From an uncultured Clostridia bacterium (GTDB lineage Bacteria; Bacillota; Clostridia; Christensenellales; UBA3700), in contig CAMBZZ010000004.1 of the NCBI GenBank assembly GCA_945872615.1, forward strand, positions 16,814 to 80,813: a DNA stretch of 64,000 bases. The letters are read 5' to 3'. Within the stretch, counting starts at the first letter, position 1. The number at the start of each line of letters is the position of its first letter. This document shows, piece after piece, positions 27,166-37,547 of this stretch. A program made the position numbers and the translations under genes. The notes under the pieces are model-generated. The model made no database searches, had not been told where the DNA came from, and was given only the letters and a program-made list of their open reading frames with translations.

Positions 27166-27618
27166 CTAAAAGGTAATCTCCTCACCCAGTTGAGCAATAA
27201 TCGCATCGTAAGACATATTGTCGTTAAACTTTTCGTTCTCTTCTTCCCACTTAGCCTTGCCCCAAATCTCAATCTTGTTGCCCATACCTACGAAGACCAC
27301 TTCTTTGCCGATACCGAGGGTTGCCTTCAATTCGCTTGGCAAAGTAAATCTTCCTTGTCCGTCTTCTTTGATTTCGTTGATATTAGAATATATTTGTCTT
27401 GCGGCAAAGGTTATCATATTTTCCGACAAACCTATCTTCTTGCACAACTTCTCTTGAATTTCTTTAGCTTTATCTTCCGAAATGATGCTGAGATAATCGG
27501 AGGCGTTTTTCATATAAAATATTTTTCCTTCGCCAAACTTGCTGCGATACTTGGAAGGAATGCGGTATCTTCCCTTCTCGTCGGCTTGCAGACTTACAGT
27601 TCCGTAAAAACCTTCCAT
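27166..27618 (-). CDS. mraZ: transcriptional regulator MraZ
   Basis: 150 aa. Two SpoVT/AbrB-like halves, (D)EKGRYRIPSKYR and (D)GQGRFTLPSELK. AAGGAGGGGG SD. Confidence 0.94.
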   Translation of the reverse strand: MEGFYGTVSLQADEKGRYRIPSKYRSKFGEGKIFYMKNASDYLSIISEDKAKEIQEKLCKKIGLSENMITFAARQIYSNINEIKEDGQGRFTLPSELKATLGIGKEVVFVGMGNKIEIWGKAKWEEENEKFNDNMSYDAIIAQLGEEITF

Positions 27619-27647
27619 ATCCCCCTCCTTAGTTTATCTTCACATAT

Positions 27648-27676
27648 ATAATAACAACAAAATTCGAGATTGTCAA
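27648..27676 (-). promoter_or_regulatory. sigma-A promoter of the mraZ/dcw operon (TTGACA-N17-TATTAT)
   Basis: Minus strand reads TTGACAatctcgaattttgttgtTATTAT, about 30 nt upstream of the mraZ ATG. Confidence 0.6.
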
Positions 27677-27683
27677 TAATTAT

Positions 27684-27700
27684 TTTCCACTTATTTCCAC
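27684..27700 (-). promoter_or_regulatory. two direct GTGGAAA repeats with 10-bp periodicity just upstream of the mraZ -35 (candidate MraZ boxes)
   Basis: Minus strand reads atTGTGGAAAtaaGTGGAAAat. A third GTGGAAA lies in inverted orientation at 27781-27787. Confidence 0.4.
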
Positions 27701-27886
27701 AATACAAAAACAAACATATGTTTGTAAAGCATATATTGTGTTAAAAATAGATTTTTTGCACAATATCTTGTGTTTAATGCGTGGAAAATTGCATTTTCTT
27801 GTAAAAAAATCCCAAAAAAATTTTTTTATTTTTGCAAAAAATAATATAAAAAATATCGTATTTTTTATCAAAATTTCATTATATGT

Positions 27887-27922
27887 GGTAAAAATCCCAA
27901 AATGGTGGTTAAAATCCCAAAG
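27887..27922 (-). repeat. 20-bp tandem direct repeat TGGT(A/T)AAAATCCCAAA x2 (minus strand: TTTGGGATTTT), with related half-sites at 27810 and 27956
   Basis: TCCCA cores at 27810, 27895 and 27915, plus a TCCCC core at 27956. Spacings are 85, 20 and 41 bp. Confidence 0.55.
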
Positions 27923-27982
27923 CACCATTTTATCACCTCTACCACACAACAAAAATCCCCGTTTGCGGCGCAACGGTCAGAC

Positions 27983-28009
27983 AAAAAAAAGAGCGACCCA
28001 CAGGTCGCC
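27983..28009 (-). terminator. rho-independent terminator downstream of the ASCH gene
   Basis: Minus strand reads GCGACC-tgtg-GGTCGC followed by TCTTTTTTTT. Confidence 0.85.
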
Positions 28010-28030
28010 CGTCATCATTTAATTATTCTA

Positions 28031-28366
28031 TCAATCTATGCAAATCTCTATACCGACGACGCCATACTTTTCCTCTTGCGTCTCGGTATAATACTTTCTC
28101 ATATTATTTACCGCTTGGTCGATAGACTTATCTTGGCAGCCGCATTTGCAAAACAAATCCGTAGAAAAGAGTTCTCTAAACGAGGAAAACAAATGTAAGT
28201 TTACAACGGTAGCATCGATAGTTTGTCTATCGTCGTCCACCAAAGCAAATCTAATCTTATCGCCTACGGAAAGCATGCGTCGTTTTTCGTCATATAGCCT
28301 AAGTTCAATCGGCTTCTCTTTACTTGCAATTTTTTCAAAAGGCTCTTGACAAAGTTTCATATCCAT
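28031..28366 (-). CDS. ASCH domain protein
   Basis: About 111 aa. The pattern EPFEKIASKEKPIELRLYDEKRRMLSVGDKIRF resembles the ASCH/PUA-like beta-barrel. The ATG at 28366 has AGGTGA upstream. Confidence 0.55.
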   Translation of the reverse strand: MDMKLCQEPFEKIASKEKPIELRLYDEKRRMLSVGDKIRFALVDDDRQTIDATVVNLHLFSSFRELFSTDLFCKCGCQDKSIDQAVNNMRKYYTETQEEKYGVVGIEICID

Positions 28367-28382
28367 TCTCACAATTCACCTA

Positions 28383-29072
28383 TTACATTTCTTTTAACAA
28401 TATCAGATTGTTGTCCACCAAGTCACATGACGACAAGTAGTACGGTATCCCTTCAATCTCGACGCATTTGACCGCTCTACAGTCCTTACCGTGAAGGTGT
28501 CCGTACACCACGGCATCGACGTTATGCTCACTCAACAAACGAGTAAAGTCACTCTCTTTCATATTGACGTCAAAGGGCGGATAATGACACATTGTCACAA
28601 CCCAATCCCCATCTTTTCTCATTTGCTCCATTTTTTCCAAAGACAGCTGCAATCTAAGATACTCTCTATTTATTATCTTCTCATCCTTATCTGCGCCGCT
28701 AAGTGCCCAGAGCCTCGAGCCGCATACAAGCACTCTTCCTACTCTCACACAGTCGTTTTGCAGACATAGAATACTGTCGACCACTATAGATTTTACTTTA
28801 CTTAGCGATGACCACCAATAGTCGTGATTTCCCTTGATGATAACTTTGGTACCTTTTAGACAAGCTAATTGGTCTAGGTCGGGTTTAGCTTCCTCCAACG
28901 TCATTCCCCAACTCAAATCTCCACACAAAAGTACAAGGTCGTCGTCACTTACTTTGACAGCCCAATCGGTTTTGATTTTTTCCCAATAACCTTCCCAACT
29001 GCTGCCGAAAATATCCATCGGCTTGTTGCAAGCACTCGAGAGGTGTAAGTCGCTTATCGCAAATACCTTCAT
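28383..29072 (-). CDS. metallophosphoesterase (calcineurin-like)
   Basis: 229 aa. Motifs ISDLHL, GDLSWG, GNHDYWW, YGHLHG. Confidence 0.8.
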   Translation of the reverse strand: MKVFAISDLHLSSACNKPMDIFGSSWEGYWEKIKTDWAVKVSDDDLVLLCGDLSWGMTLEEAKPDLDQLACLKGTKVIIKGNHDYWWSSLSKVKSIVVDSILCLQNDCVRVGRVLVCGSRLWALSGADKDEKIINREYLRLQLSLEKMEQMRKDGDWVVTMCHYPPFDVNMKESDFTRLLSEHNVDAVVYGHLHGKDCRAVKCVEIEGIPYYLSSCDLVDNNLILLKEM

Positions 29073-29391
29073 TTTGTTATCTCGTATTAATATTATTCAA
29101 TAATATCTTGTCTCTAGTCTAATATTACGTTCTTTATTTATATTACGATTGATTGTTTTCATCGCTCTAGCAATCGCATCTGACATATTTGCCTTAACTC
29201 TTGTATCTTTTTATCGCCTAACAACCCGTGATTGTAGCGTTGACGTGGCGTTGTATGGCGCAACATTATTTATCAATCTGCACGATATTATTTTCATCTA
29301 TTTTTTGAATATAATAATCATTGATTATATATTTTACAAAATTATTATATTTTTTTGATTATTTTAGAATTAAATACGTCAAAACAGGCTA

Positions 29392-29985
29392 TTAAGCATT
29401 GACCAAAAGTCCTTCCATTCTTTCCAAGGCTTGTTGTAATCCTTGCTTATTTTGACAAGAAGTAACGACTATATCGTCAACTCCGACGGCAAGAGTCGAA
29501 GCTATAATCTGCCTTTGTTTGGTTTGTTGCATCTTGGAAAGTTTATCGCCTTTGGTGGCTATTATAGCAAAAGGTAAGTGATAATAATGTAGGTATGCCA
29601 CCATTTGCTTATCAAGGGCGTCGGGCGTTCTTCTAATATCTATCAATACCAAAACACCAGCAATTCGCCCGAATCGGTTGGCAAGATACCCTTCTATCAT
29701 ATTACCCCACTTCTTCTTTTCGTTGTCGTCGACTTTTGCAAAGCCATAGCCAGGCAAATCTACCAACATAAACTGCCCGTCGTTGAAGTCAAAGTAGTTG
29801 ATTAATCTAGTTCTCCCCGGCGTCGACGAGGTCTTGGCAAGTCCCGATACTCCCGCTATCATATTGATAAAGGAAGACTTTCCTACGTTGGACTTACCCG
29901 CTACCGCAATTTCGGGACAGCCGTAGTCCTTACAAGCCCTACTATCCGACTGCGAAACGACGAATTTTGCCTTTTTGATTATCAC
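29392..29985 (-). CDS. engB: ribosome biogenesis GTPase YsxC/EngB
   Basis: 197 aa. G1 GKSNVGKSS, G3 DLPGYG, G4 TKGDK. Overlaps the lon stop by 4 nt, the usual lon-ysxC synteny. Confidence 0.93.
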   Translation of the reverse strand: MIIKKAKFVVSQSDSRACKDYGCPEIAVAGKSNVGKSSFINMIAGVSGLAKTSSTPGRTRLINYFDFNDGQFMLVDLPGYGFAKVDDNEKKKWGNMIEGYLANRFGRIAGVLVLIDIRRTPDALDKQMVAYLHYYHLPFAIIATKGDKLSKMQQTKQRQIIASTLAVGVDDIVVTSCQNKQGLQQALERMEGLLVNA

Positions 29986-32288
29986 AATCTACCTCCGAAT
30001 ACAATATCAAAGGCTTCTTGCACGTTGCCGACGAGCCTTACGTCCAATTTTTCTTTGACAACGGTAGGCATTTCGGCAAGGTCCTTTTTGTTTTGCATAG
30101 GAATTATTACTTTGCTGATGCCGTTTCTCACGCAAGCGAGCAGTTTTTCTTTAAGACCGCCTATCGCCAAGACCTTACCGCTAAGCGTAAGTTCTCCCGT
30201 CATAGCAACGTCATTGTCGGCTGGGGTTTGCGTATATGCCGACAATAGCGAGCACGCTATCGCAACGCCCGCAGAAGGTCCGTCTTTTGGGGTCGCTCCT
30301 TCCGGCGCGTGAATATGAACGTCGTTTTTGGTAAGCAAATCCTCGCAGTCGCCCATCGAAGCCAACTTGTTTTTGACGACAGTCAAAGCTATCTTTGCAG
30401 ATTCTTTCATCACTTCGCCCAAGTTGCCCGTCAGCGTCATATTTCCCTTGCCGCAAGGCAACAATTTACTCTCGATATTCATTACGACGCCACCAACGCT
30501 AGTCCATGCCAATCCGTTGACTACGCCACATTCCTTATCAAAATACTTTTCTTCGTTATTATACTTGGCAACGCCGAGATATTTCTCTACGTCTCCGACC
30601 GATATGCAAAAACTTTTATCTTGACAATCTTGCCGGTTGTCGGCAATGTGTACGGCAATTTTTCTGCAAATAGCGGCTATTTGCCTATCCAATTCCCTCA
30701 CGCCCGCTTCGCTAGTATATTTTTGGATTACTCCAACCAAGGCGTCGTCGTCGATTGTTACCTTGCAGCCCGTCAAGCCGTTGTTTTTTATTTGTTGCGG
30801 CACCAAATATCTTTTGGCAATCTCCAACTTTTCCTCTTGAGTATAACCACTCATTTCAATCACTTCCATTCTATCGAGCAAAGGTTGTTGGACGTTTGCC
30901 AAAGAATTGGCGGTGATTATAAAGGTTACTTTAGACAAATCATAAGGAATTTCCAAATAATGGTCTCTAAAATACTTATTCTGCTTAGGGTCTAGCACCT
31001 CTAGCAACGCGCTCGAAGGGTCGCCGTTGACGCCGCTTCCTATCTTGTCTATCTCGTCGAGCAAAAACAAAGGATTGGAATACTTGATGTCGCAAAGACT
31101 GTGAATAATTCTACCGGGCATAGCTCCCACGTAGGTTCTTCTATGCCCTCTGATTTCGGCTTCGTCTTTCATTCCGCCAAGGCTCATTTGCACCAATTCT
31201 TTGCCTACAGCCCTCGCTATAGAGCGCGCAATCGAAGTTTTGCCCACTCCTGGCGGTCCGACGAGACACAAAATAGGCGCGTCTATCTCGGGAGCCAATT
31301 TCTTCACCGCTATGTATTCCAATATTCTTTGTTTGACCTTTTCGATACCGTAATGGTCCTCATCCAAAATTTTGGCGGCTTTTGCAACGTTATAGTCTTC
31401 CACTCCCATATTATCCCAAGGCAATGACAACGCCGTATCCATATAATTACACAATACCGAATATTCCGGCGCGGAGGTAGGCAATTTTTCCATTTTTGCC
31501 AAGTCGCTTTTGAGTTTTGCCTTGACTTTGTCTTGAGCGTTGAGTTCTTCGACCCGTCTACGGTACACGTCGACATCCTCGTCGTTTTCGCCGAGCTCAT
31601 CCTTTATCGCCTTGATTCTTTCTCTCAAAACGTAGTCGCGCTGACCTTGTTCTATTCTTTCGTTGACGATGTTATCTACTCTTTTCATCACAAAGTAATC
31701 GTTGAGAGCTTCTCTCATAAGCACCGTCGCCAACTCTACGCGAGCCAAAGAATCGTCCATCTCTATGACGTACTGCCTTTGCTTGTCGGCAACCCCCATC
31801 AAAACGATGTTGATTTTTTCGTCGACGTTTTTTGCTAAGCGGAAGTCTTCCGCCAATTTTTTGATTTCTTTATTGTTCTCGAGGCTGAGATACTCGTCAA
31901 AAATCTTGTCAATCAAATGAAAGTAACTCTCGATCAAAGGATTGTCGGAATTGACGTAATCGAGTTGCTTTAGCGTAGCCAAAGTAGGCGTACCTTCAGT
32001 CATTTCCACTACTTTGCCCCTCACTTCACCCGTCAAGGTCCAACAATCGACTCTTTTTGCCTTTTTGACGGTGCAAATCGTGCCCGTCAAGCAACATTTA
32101 CTCATAGAAGGCTCGTCTTGTACGGCTTGCGGGTTGGTTGCTTTGAGCACCAAAACTCTACCTTGATATTGAGCAATAGCAGCTTCCAACGCCAAATTGA
32201 CGTAAGGCTTTCTTGCCACGCAATCGTAGGTTTCAAAAGGAAAAATCGTATCTTCAAGCGCCACAATCGGCAAAATAATGTTATCCAT
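29982..32288 (-). CDS. lon: ATP-dependent protease Lon (LonA)
   Basis: Walker [10 protein letters not shown] and the protease motif PKDGPSAG. The ATG at 32288 has TGGAGA upstream; the ORF track start is TTG. Confidence 0.95.
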   Translation of the reverse strand: MDNIILPIVALEDTIFPFETYDCVARKPYVNLALEAAIAQYQGRVLVLKATNPQAVQDEPSMSKCCLTGTICTVKKAKRVDCWTLTGEVRGKVVEMTEGTPTLATLKQLDYVNSDNPLIESYFHLIDKIFDEYLSLENNKEIKKLAEDFRLAKNVDEKINIVLMGVADKQRQYVIEMDDSLARVELATVLMREALNDYFVMKRVDNIVNERIEQGQRDYVLRERIKAIKDELGENDEDVDVYRRRVEELNAQDKVKAKLKSDLAKMEKLPTSAPEYSVLCNYMDTALSLPWDNMGVEDYNVAKAAKILDEDHYGIEKVKQRILEYIAVKKLAPEIDAPILCLVGPPGVGKTSIARSIARAVGKELVQMSLGGMKDEAEIRGHRRTYVGAMPGRIIHSLCDIKYSNPLFLLDEIDKIGSGVNGDPSSALLEVLDPKQNKYFRDHYLEIPYDLSKVTFIITANSLANVQQPLLDRMEVIEMSGYTQEEKLEIAKRYLVPQQIKNNGLTGCKVTIDDDALVGVIQKYTSEAGVRELDRQIAAICRKIAVHIADNRQDCQDKSFCISVGDVEKYLGVAKYNNEEKYFDKECGVVNGLAWTSVGGVVMNIESKLLPCGKGNMTLTGNLGEVMKESAKIALTVVKNKLASMGDCEDLLTKNDVHIHAPEGATPKDGPSAGVAIACSLLSAYTQTPADNDVAMTGELTLSGKVLAIGGLKEKLLACVRNGISKVIIPMQNKKDLAEMPTVVKEKLDVRLVGNVQEAFDIVFGGRL

Positions 32289-32298
32289 CGTTATCTCC

Positions 32299-32329
32299 AA
32301 AAAATGCGAATAATAAAAATTATTCGCAT
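32299..32329 (-). terminator. rho-independent terminator downstream of clpX
   Basis: Stem ATGCGAATAA / TTATTCGCAT with a 6-nt loop, then TTTTT on the minus strand. Confidence 0.7.
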
Positions 32330-32334
32330 TTCTA

Positions 32335-33570
32335 TCAAGCGGTTTTTCTTTCGATTATCGGTTTTTGCTTGCGTTCGACCGCGTCTTTGGTAATGATGAT
32401 TTTTTCTATCGTATCATCCATTGGCACGTCGTACATAAGGTCAAGCATTACGCCCTCCAAAATCGACTTCAAGCCTCTCGCGCCCGTATTGAGCTTGATT
32501 GCTTGCTTAGCCACCTCTTTCAACGCGTCCTCTTGGAATTCAATCTTCACGTTGTCCATTCCGAAGAGTTTAGCGTATTGTTTGACGGGTGCGTTTTTAG
32601 GCTGGGTCAAAATATTGATAAGCGCCTTTTCGTCAAGCGCGTCGATGCCCACCACTATAGGCACACGACCCACGAACTCGGGGATAAGACCAAACTTGAT
32701 GAGATCGTCGGGTCTAATATCTCTTATCAATTCTCCGTAATTCGCGTTCTTACCAGTCTTAACGTTGGCGCCGAAACCGAGCGTAGAACTATCTCTGCGC
32801 TTATCGATAATCTTGTCCAAGCCTACGAAAGCACCTCCGCAAATAAAGAGAATATTGGTAGTATCTATCAAAATATTTTCTTGTTGAGGATGTTTTCTTC
32901 CGCCTTGAGGAGGTACTGCGGCAACGGTACTTTCGATAATTTTGAGTAAAGCCTGTTGCACGCCTTCTCCCGAAACGTCCCTCGTGATAGACATATTTTC
33001 GCCTTTGCGGGCAATTTTGTCTATTTCATCTATATAAATAATACCGAGTTGCGCCTTTTCCACGTCGTAATCTGCGGCTTGGATAAGTTTGAGCAAAATA
33101 TTTTCCACGTCCTCGCCCACGTAGCCCGCTTCGGTAATAGTCGTAGCGTCAGCCACGGCAAAAGGCACGTTGAGAATTTTTGCAAGAGTTTTGGCAAGCA
33201 AAGTTTTACCGCAACCGGTAGGTCCCAGCATCAAGACGTTGCTTTTTTCCAATTCCACCCCGTCCTCGGCGTCGGAATTGATTCTTTTATAATGATTATA
33301 AACAGCTACCGACAAGACCTTTTTTGCGTCTTCTTGTCCGACGATATATTCGTCGAGCTTAGCTTTGATTTCGTGTGGTTTTAGCAAGTTGACGGCAAAC
33401 TCGCTCTTGTCGCAACTACGTCTTTCTTCCACACTATCTTCAAGAATCTTGACGCAAGTATCGACGCATTGGTCACATATAAATACGCCGTCGGGTCCGC
33501 TGATGAGTTGTCCCACGTCACTCTCTTTTTTGCCGCAGAACGAACATCTCAATTCTTTATCGTTGTCCAC
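32335..33570 (-). CDS. clpX: ATP-dependent Clp protease ATP-binding subunit ClpX
   Basis: Zinc-binding CSFCGK...CDQC, Walker [18 protein letters not shown]. The start is probably the GTG at 33570, with AGAGG 6 nt upstream. The ORF track start at 33576 is TTG. Confidence 0.95.
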   Translation of the reverse strand: MDNDKELRCSFCGKKESDVGQLISGPDGVFICDQCVDTCVKILEDSVEERRSCDKSEFAVNLLKPHEIKAKLDEYIVGQEDAKKVLSVAVYNHYKRINSDAEDGVELEKSNVLMLGPTGCGKTLLAKTLAKILNVPFAVADATTITEAGYVGEDVENILLKLIQAADYDVEKAQLGIIYIDEIDKIARKGENMSITRDVSGEGVQQALLKIIESTVAAVPPQGGRKHPQQENILIDTTNILFICGGAFVGLDKIIDKRRDSSTLGFGANVKTGKNANYGELIRDIRPDDLIKFGLIPEFVGRVPIVVGIDALDEKALINILTQPKNAPVKQYAKLFGMDNVKIEFQEDALKEVAKQAIKLNTGARGLKSILEGVMLDLMYDVPMDDTIEKIIITKDAVERKQKPIIERKTA

Positions 33571-33572
33571 TA

Positions 33573-34154
33573 TCAACCTCTTTTATAAAATATTTTGTCA
33601 ATCAAGCCGTATTCGAGCGCGTCTTGAGCCGACAGATAGTTGTCTCTATCGGTATCTTGCATAACTTTCTCGAAGGTTTGATTGCAATTTTGAGCCAAAA
33701 TCGTAGCAAGTTTTTCTTTAGTTTTTTGGATATGGTTGGCAGTTATGACTATATCGCTCGCTTGACCTTGCGCGCCGCCCAAAGGTTGGTGTATCATCAC
33801 TTCGCTGTTAGGCAAAGCGTATCTCTTACCCTTCGTGCCGGAAGACAGCAAAAAAGCACCCATAGACGCAGCCATGCCTACGCAAATAGTGCTGACGTCG
33901 CACTTGATATATTGCATCGTATCGTATATAGCAAGACCCGCGGTTACACTGCCGCCCGGGCTGTTGATATACACCGATATATCCTTATCCGAATCCTTTG
34001 CTTCCAAAAATATAAGTTGCGCAATAACGGTATTGGCGGTATCGTCGGTAATTTCTCCCGAAATAAACACTATTCTGTCTTCTAACAAACGAGAATAAAT
34101 ATCGTAGCTTCTCTCGCCCGCTCCCGTTTTATCAATAACGTAAGGTATAAGCAT
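33573..34154 (-). CDS. clpP: ATP-dependent Clp protease proteolytic subunit
   Basis: 193 aa. [11 protein letters not shown], the catalytic GMAASMGA, and MIHQP. Confidence 0.97.
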   Translation of the reverse strand: MLIPYVIDKTGAGERSYDIYSRLLEDRIVFISGEITDDTANTVIAQLIFLEAKDSDKDISVYINSPGGSVTAGLAIYDTMQYIKCDVSTICVGMAASMGAFLLSSGTKGKRYALPNSEVMIHQPLGGAQGQASDIVITANHIQKTKEKLATILAQNCNQTFEKVMQDTDRDNYLSAQDALEYGLIDKIFYKRG

Positions 34155-34178
34155 TTCCTTTCCTCCCGATTACAATTT

Positions 34179-34208
34179 GACCGATAAGCCCGACAAGACT
34201 TATCGGTC
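34179..34208 (-). other. 10-bp stem hairpin between tig and clpP, without a U-tract
   Basis: GACCGATAAG / CTTATCGGTC with a 10-nt loop. No T-run on either side, so its function (attenuator or processing site) is unclear. Confidence 0.35.
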
Positions 34209-34220
34209 GCAAGTTAAAAA

Positions 34221-35507
34221 TTATTTGATTGTATTGTTGTTTTTGAGATAGGTAAACAACTTGGTAGTAATTACGTCGTTGCGAATATAGTTTCTATATT
34301 CTTCATTGATAAGTTTGCTATATTCTTCCACGCTCTTACCCGCTTTATTTGCCATATCTGCGATTTGCTCGTTGACTTCTTCGTCGCTAACGACGATTTT
34401 TACCTCTTTGAGGATAGCCTCGAGGACAAGTCTAAACAAAACGTTCTTCTTAGCGGTATCGCTATACTTTTCCATCAACTCTTCTTTAGTGGTACCGGTA
34501 AACTTGTAATAATCGTCCTTATTCAAGCCTTGATACATCAGTCTATACTCAAACTCTTGCACCATTTCTTCGGCTTGTTGGTCTATCATACACTTAGGAA
34601 TGTCAACCTCCGACAAAGAGGCAATCTTTTCGATAATATCGTTTTCGAGTTTCATCTCGGCGTCTTTTTCTTTGCTCTCTTTGAGATTTTTCTTGATGTC
34701 TGCCTCATATTGAGCAACAGTATCGAATTCGGAGACGTCTTTGACAAACTCGTCGTCGTATGCCGGAGTGGTTTTGACGGTTATCTCGTGAAGTTTTACC
34801 TTAAATACAGCCTCTTTGCCCGCTAGTTCGGTTGCACCGTAATTTTCGGGGAAAGTAACGACTATATCCTTTTCGTCACCGATATTCATGCCGATGACTT
34901 GTTCTTCGAAGCCGGGGATAAACATGCCGCTACCAATCTCCAAAGGTTGTTTCTCGGCGGTACCTCCCTCGAATTTTACTCCGTCTACGCTTCCGCTATA
35001 GTCTATGACGGTCTTATCTCCGTTTTGAACAGGTCTGTCGGTTACGCTCTCCCATGCGCCGGCAGCGTCGAGAGCCTTGTCGATTTCTTTTTGAATTTCT
35101 TCTTTAGTTACCTTTACTTTGTCTTTTTTGAATTCGAGACCCGTGTATTGACCGAGTACCACGTCAGGCTTGAGTTGCACGGTTGCGCTGTATTTCAAAG
35201 TGCTGTCGCTGATTGCGATAATATCAATCTTTGGCATATCTACAGGGAACAACTCTTTTTCTTCATCGAGAATTGCGCCGTAAGTCTTTGGAAGGATTGT
35301 ATCCAAAGCGTCGTCAAAAAATACGCCTACGCCGTATTGTGCTTCGATAACTTTGCGAGGCACTTTGCCCTTTCGGAAACCGCCGATTTGGAATTTTGAC
35401 TTGTTTTTGTTGTAAGCCTCTTCGATTGCGGCTTTCCAATCTGCCTCGTCAACCTCAACGGTAAATTTTACACGATTTTTTTCTAGCATTTCCTTAGTGT
35501 AACTCAT
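34221..35507 (-). CDS. tig: trigger factor
   Basis: 428 aa. GFRKGKVPRKV ribosome-binding motif and a central FKBP-type PPIase region. tig-clpP-clpX synteny. Confidence 0.95.
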   Translation of the reverse strand: MSYTKEMLEKNRVKFTVEVDEADWKAAIEEAYNKNKSKFQIGGFRKGKVPRKVIEAQYGVGVFFDDALDTILPKTYGAILDEEKELFPVDMPKIDIIAISDSTLKYSATVQLKPDVVLGQYTGLEFKKDKVKVTKEEIQKEIDKALDAAGAWESVTDRPVQNGDKTVIDYSGSVDGVKFEGGTAEKQPLEIGSGMFIPGFEEQVIGMNIGDEKDIVVTFPENYGATELAGKEAVFKVKLHEITVKTTPAYDDEFVKDVSEFDTVAQYEADIKKNLKESKEKDAEMKLENDIIEKIASLSEVDIPKCMIDQQAEEMVQEFEYRLMYQGLNKDDYYKFTGTTKEELMEKYSDTAKKNVLFRLVLEAILKEVKIVVSDEEVNEQIADMANKAGKSVEEYSKLINEEYRNYIRNDVITTKLFTYLKNNNTIK

Positions 35508-35641
35508 ATAAATCTCCTATATTATAATATTTGTAATTACAAAAGACATTCTAACATAAAAAAACCATTTATGCAATAATAATTGCAAATAATTGATTAT
35601 TATTTTATACTATTATTACAAATAAGACGGAGGGAAAGCAT

Positions 35642-37357
35642 ATGCCGAGCGACTACGTGACTATCAAAGCCTTGACGTTAGAATTGGCAAGTATATTGAC
35701 TAGCGGAAAAATCGACAAAATATATATGCCGGAAAAAGACGAAATCTCGCTCTCTATTCGTGCCAAAGGCAACAACAATCTGTTGGCAATATCTTGCAAT
35801 CCTTCCAATCCGAGAATTCATTTGACAAGCGCCAAAAAGGACAATCCTATGGTTGCACCCTCCTTTTGCATGCACTTACGCAAGCACCTTACCGGAGGAA
35901 TAATCCGATCGATCTCCAATCTCGGAGAGGATAGAATAATAGCAATATCGGTGTGCGGTCACAACGAAATGCGCGACGAAACGATATTTACGCTCATTGC
36001 CGAGATGATGGGCAGATATTCCAACATTTTATTAGTAAACGAAAAAGGTACCATTACTGACACTCTCAAACAAGTACCGTACGACGCAGTTACCAAGCGC
36101 TGTCTTTTACCCGGTGCAAAATATTCTCTTCCTCCTCAAAGCAAGATTTTGCCTAGCGACGTAGAGGCAATAACTCAAGCTTTGCAAAAATTTCAAGGAG
36201 GCAGCGTTGCAAGTTATATGTGTGCACAGATTGCGGGACTCTCTCGCCTTTCCGCGCAAAAGATACTCGATATGGCGCATGTCGACGATGCCGACGCGTT
36301 GGACGATAAGCAAATATCGGCGTTGACAGAAGCTTTATACAGACTTCTCAACGTTTACGGCACGTCCGACTACTGCCCGTGCGTCAGAGGAGCCGTAGAC
36401 GATGCAACCGACTTCTTCGTTACGCCGTACAGCATTGACGACGTACCCGTCGAGAGCCTTAACCGAGCGATAGAACTGACCGAGGGAAGAAAAGACCAAG
36501 TCGACAGGCATGCCGACAAAATCAAGTTTTTACTCAAAGCGTATAGCGCTTTTATCAACAAAAATCAAAAAAAAATGAGCGTTTGTGCTTCACGCTTACG
36601 CGAGTGCGACAATATGGAGCGCTACAAAAAAATGGGCGAACTCATCACTTGCAACATCTACAATATCAACAAGGGCGACGAGTCTGCCGTAGTCCCCGAT
36701 TATTACGAGCCCGACTGTCCGCTTTTGACCATTCCGCTCGACAGTCGACTATCTCCGCAAGCCAACGCCCAAGCTTATTACAAAAAGTACGCAAAACTCA
36801 AGCGTACTCAAGAGATTGTAAGCAAACAAATAGCAGAACTTCAAGATTTGTTGCAATACGCGGACACGATAGCACCTTCTATTCTTCTCGCTCGAAGCGA
36901 CGACGAGATAGCCGAAGTCGCCAAGGAGTTGCAAGAGTTGGGCGCATTGAAACAGACCAACGGCAAAAAGGTCAAAGAAAAGCCGTCTTCGCCTCTTGCA
37001 TTCGAGGTAAACGACTTCGTAATTCTGGTAGGCAAAAATAATCTGCAAAACGACAAACTAACCTTCAAGGTTGCTAGCGGCAACGATACGTGGGTGCATA
37101 CCAAAAACGTACACGGCAGCCATACGATAATTTTTGCCGAAGGTAGGAGCATTCCTAACGAGGTTATTACGATAGCTTGCGAGATTGCGGCATACTATTC
37201 TCAAGCTACACAAAGTCCGAGCGTCGAATGCGACTATACTCTACGCAAAAACGTCAAACGCCACCCGTGCGGCAAACCCGCAATGGTCGTCTATACCGAT
37301 TTTTCTTCCGCGCTGGTAACTCCTAACGCTCATACAGAATATCAAATCAAAAAATAA
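35642..37357 (+). CDS. rqcH: ribosome quality control factor RqcH (NFACT / FbpA family)
   Basis: 571 aa. NFACT-N start (LELASILTSGKIDKIYMPEKDEI), central coiled coil, and C-terminal NFACT-R (VGKNNLQNDKLTFKVASGNDTWVHTKNVHGSH). GGAGGG SD. Confidence 0.88.
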   Translation: MPSDYVTIKALTLELASILTSGKIDKIYMPEKDEISLSIRAKGNNNLLAISCNPSNPRIHLTSAKKDNPMVAPSFCMHLRKHLTGGIIRSISNLGEDRIIAISVCGHNEMRDETIFTLIAEMMGRYSNILLVNEKGTITDTLKQVPYDAVTKRCLLPGAKYSLPPQSKILPSDVEAITQALQKFQGGSVASYMCAQIAGLSRLSAQKILDMAHVDDADALDDKQISALTEALYRLLNVYGTSDYCPCVRGAVDDATDFFVTPYSIDDVPVESLNRAIELTEGRKDQVDRHADKIKFLLKAYSAFINKNQKKMSVCASRLRECDNMERYKKMGELITCNIYNINKGDESAVVPDYYEPDCPLLTIPLDSRLSPQANAQAYYKKYAKLKRTQEIVSKQIAELQDLLQYADTIAPSILLARSDDEIAEVAKELQELGALKQTNGKKVKEKPSSPLAFEVNDFVILVGKNNLQNDKLTFKVASGNDTWVHTKNVHGSHTIIFAEGRSIPNEVITIACEIAAYYSQATQSPSVECDYTLRKNVKRHPCGKPAMVVYTDFSSALVTPNAHTEYQIKK

Positions 37358-37502
37358 TTATTAATTATAATTTTGTCAAAATTATACTAAAAATGACGAT
37401 AATTTAGAATTATTTTCAGTTTTACCTTTCTACGACTAAGCAAAATCAATAACAAATAAGATAAAATATTATCTATTCATATATCGTGGCGTGGAACAAA
37501 AT

Positions 37503-37547
37503 CAAAAAATATAACACCCAAAAACCGTCCAAGTTCGAGGGTGTTAT
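37503..37547 (-). terminator. probable terminator overlapping the rluD stop codon
   Basis: Minus strand reads ATAACACCC-(19-nt loop)-GGGTGTTAT followed by ATTTTTTGA. Confidence 0.5.

Noticed and set aside
27680-28022. 97-aa minus-strand and 94-aa plus-strand ORFs in the mraZ upstream region
   Set aside because: They fall in an AT-rich promoter region and translate to K/F/I-rich sequence. There is no SD, and they overlap the promoter and repeat motifs.
29149-29358. 69-aa hydrophobic plus-strand ORF in the 320-bp spacer between the metallophosphoesterase gene and engB
   Set aside because: TTG start, no SD, and an extreme AT-driven I/F/L composition. It sits on the opposite strand to all neighbours. 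A small membrane peptide cannot be fully excluded, but there is no positive evidence.
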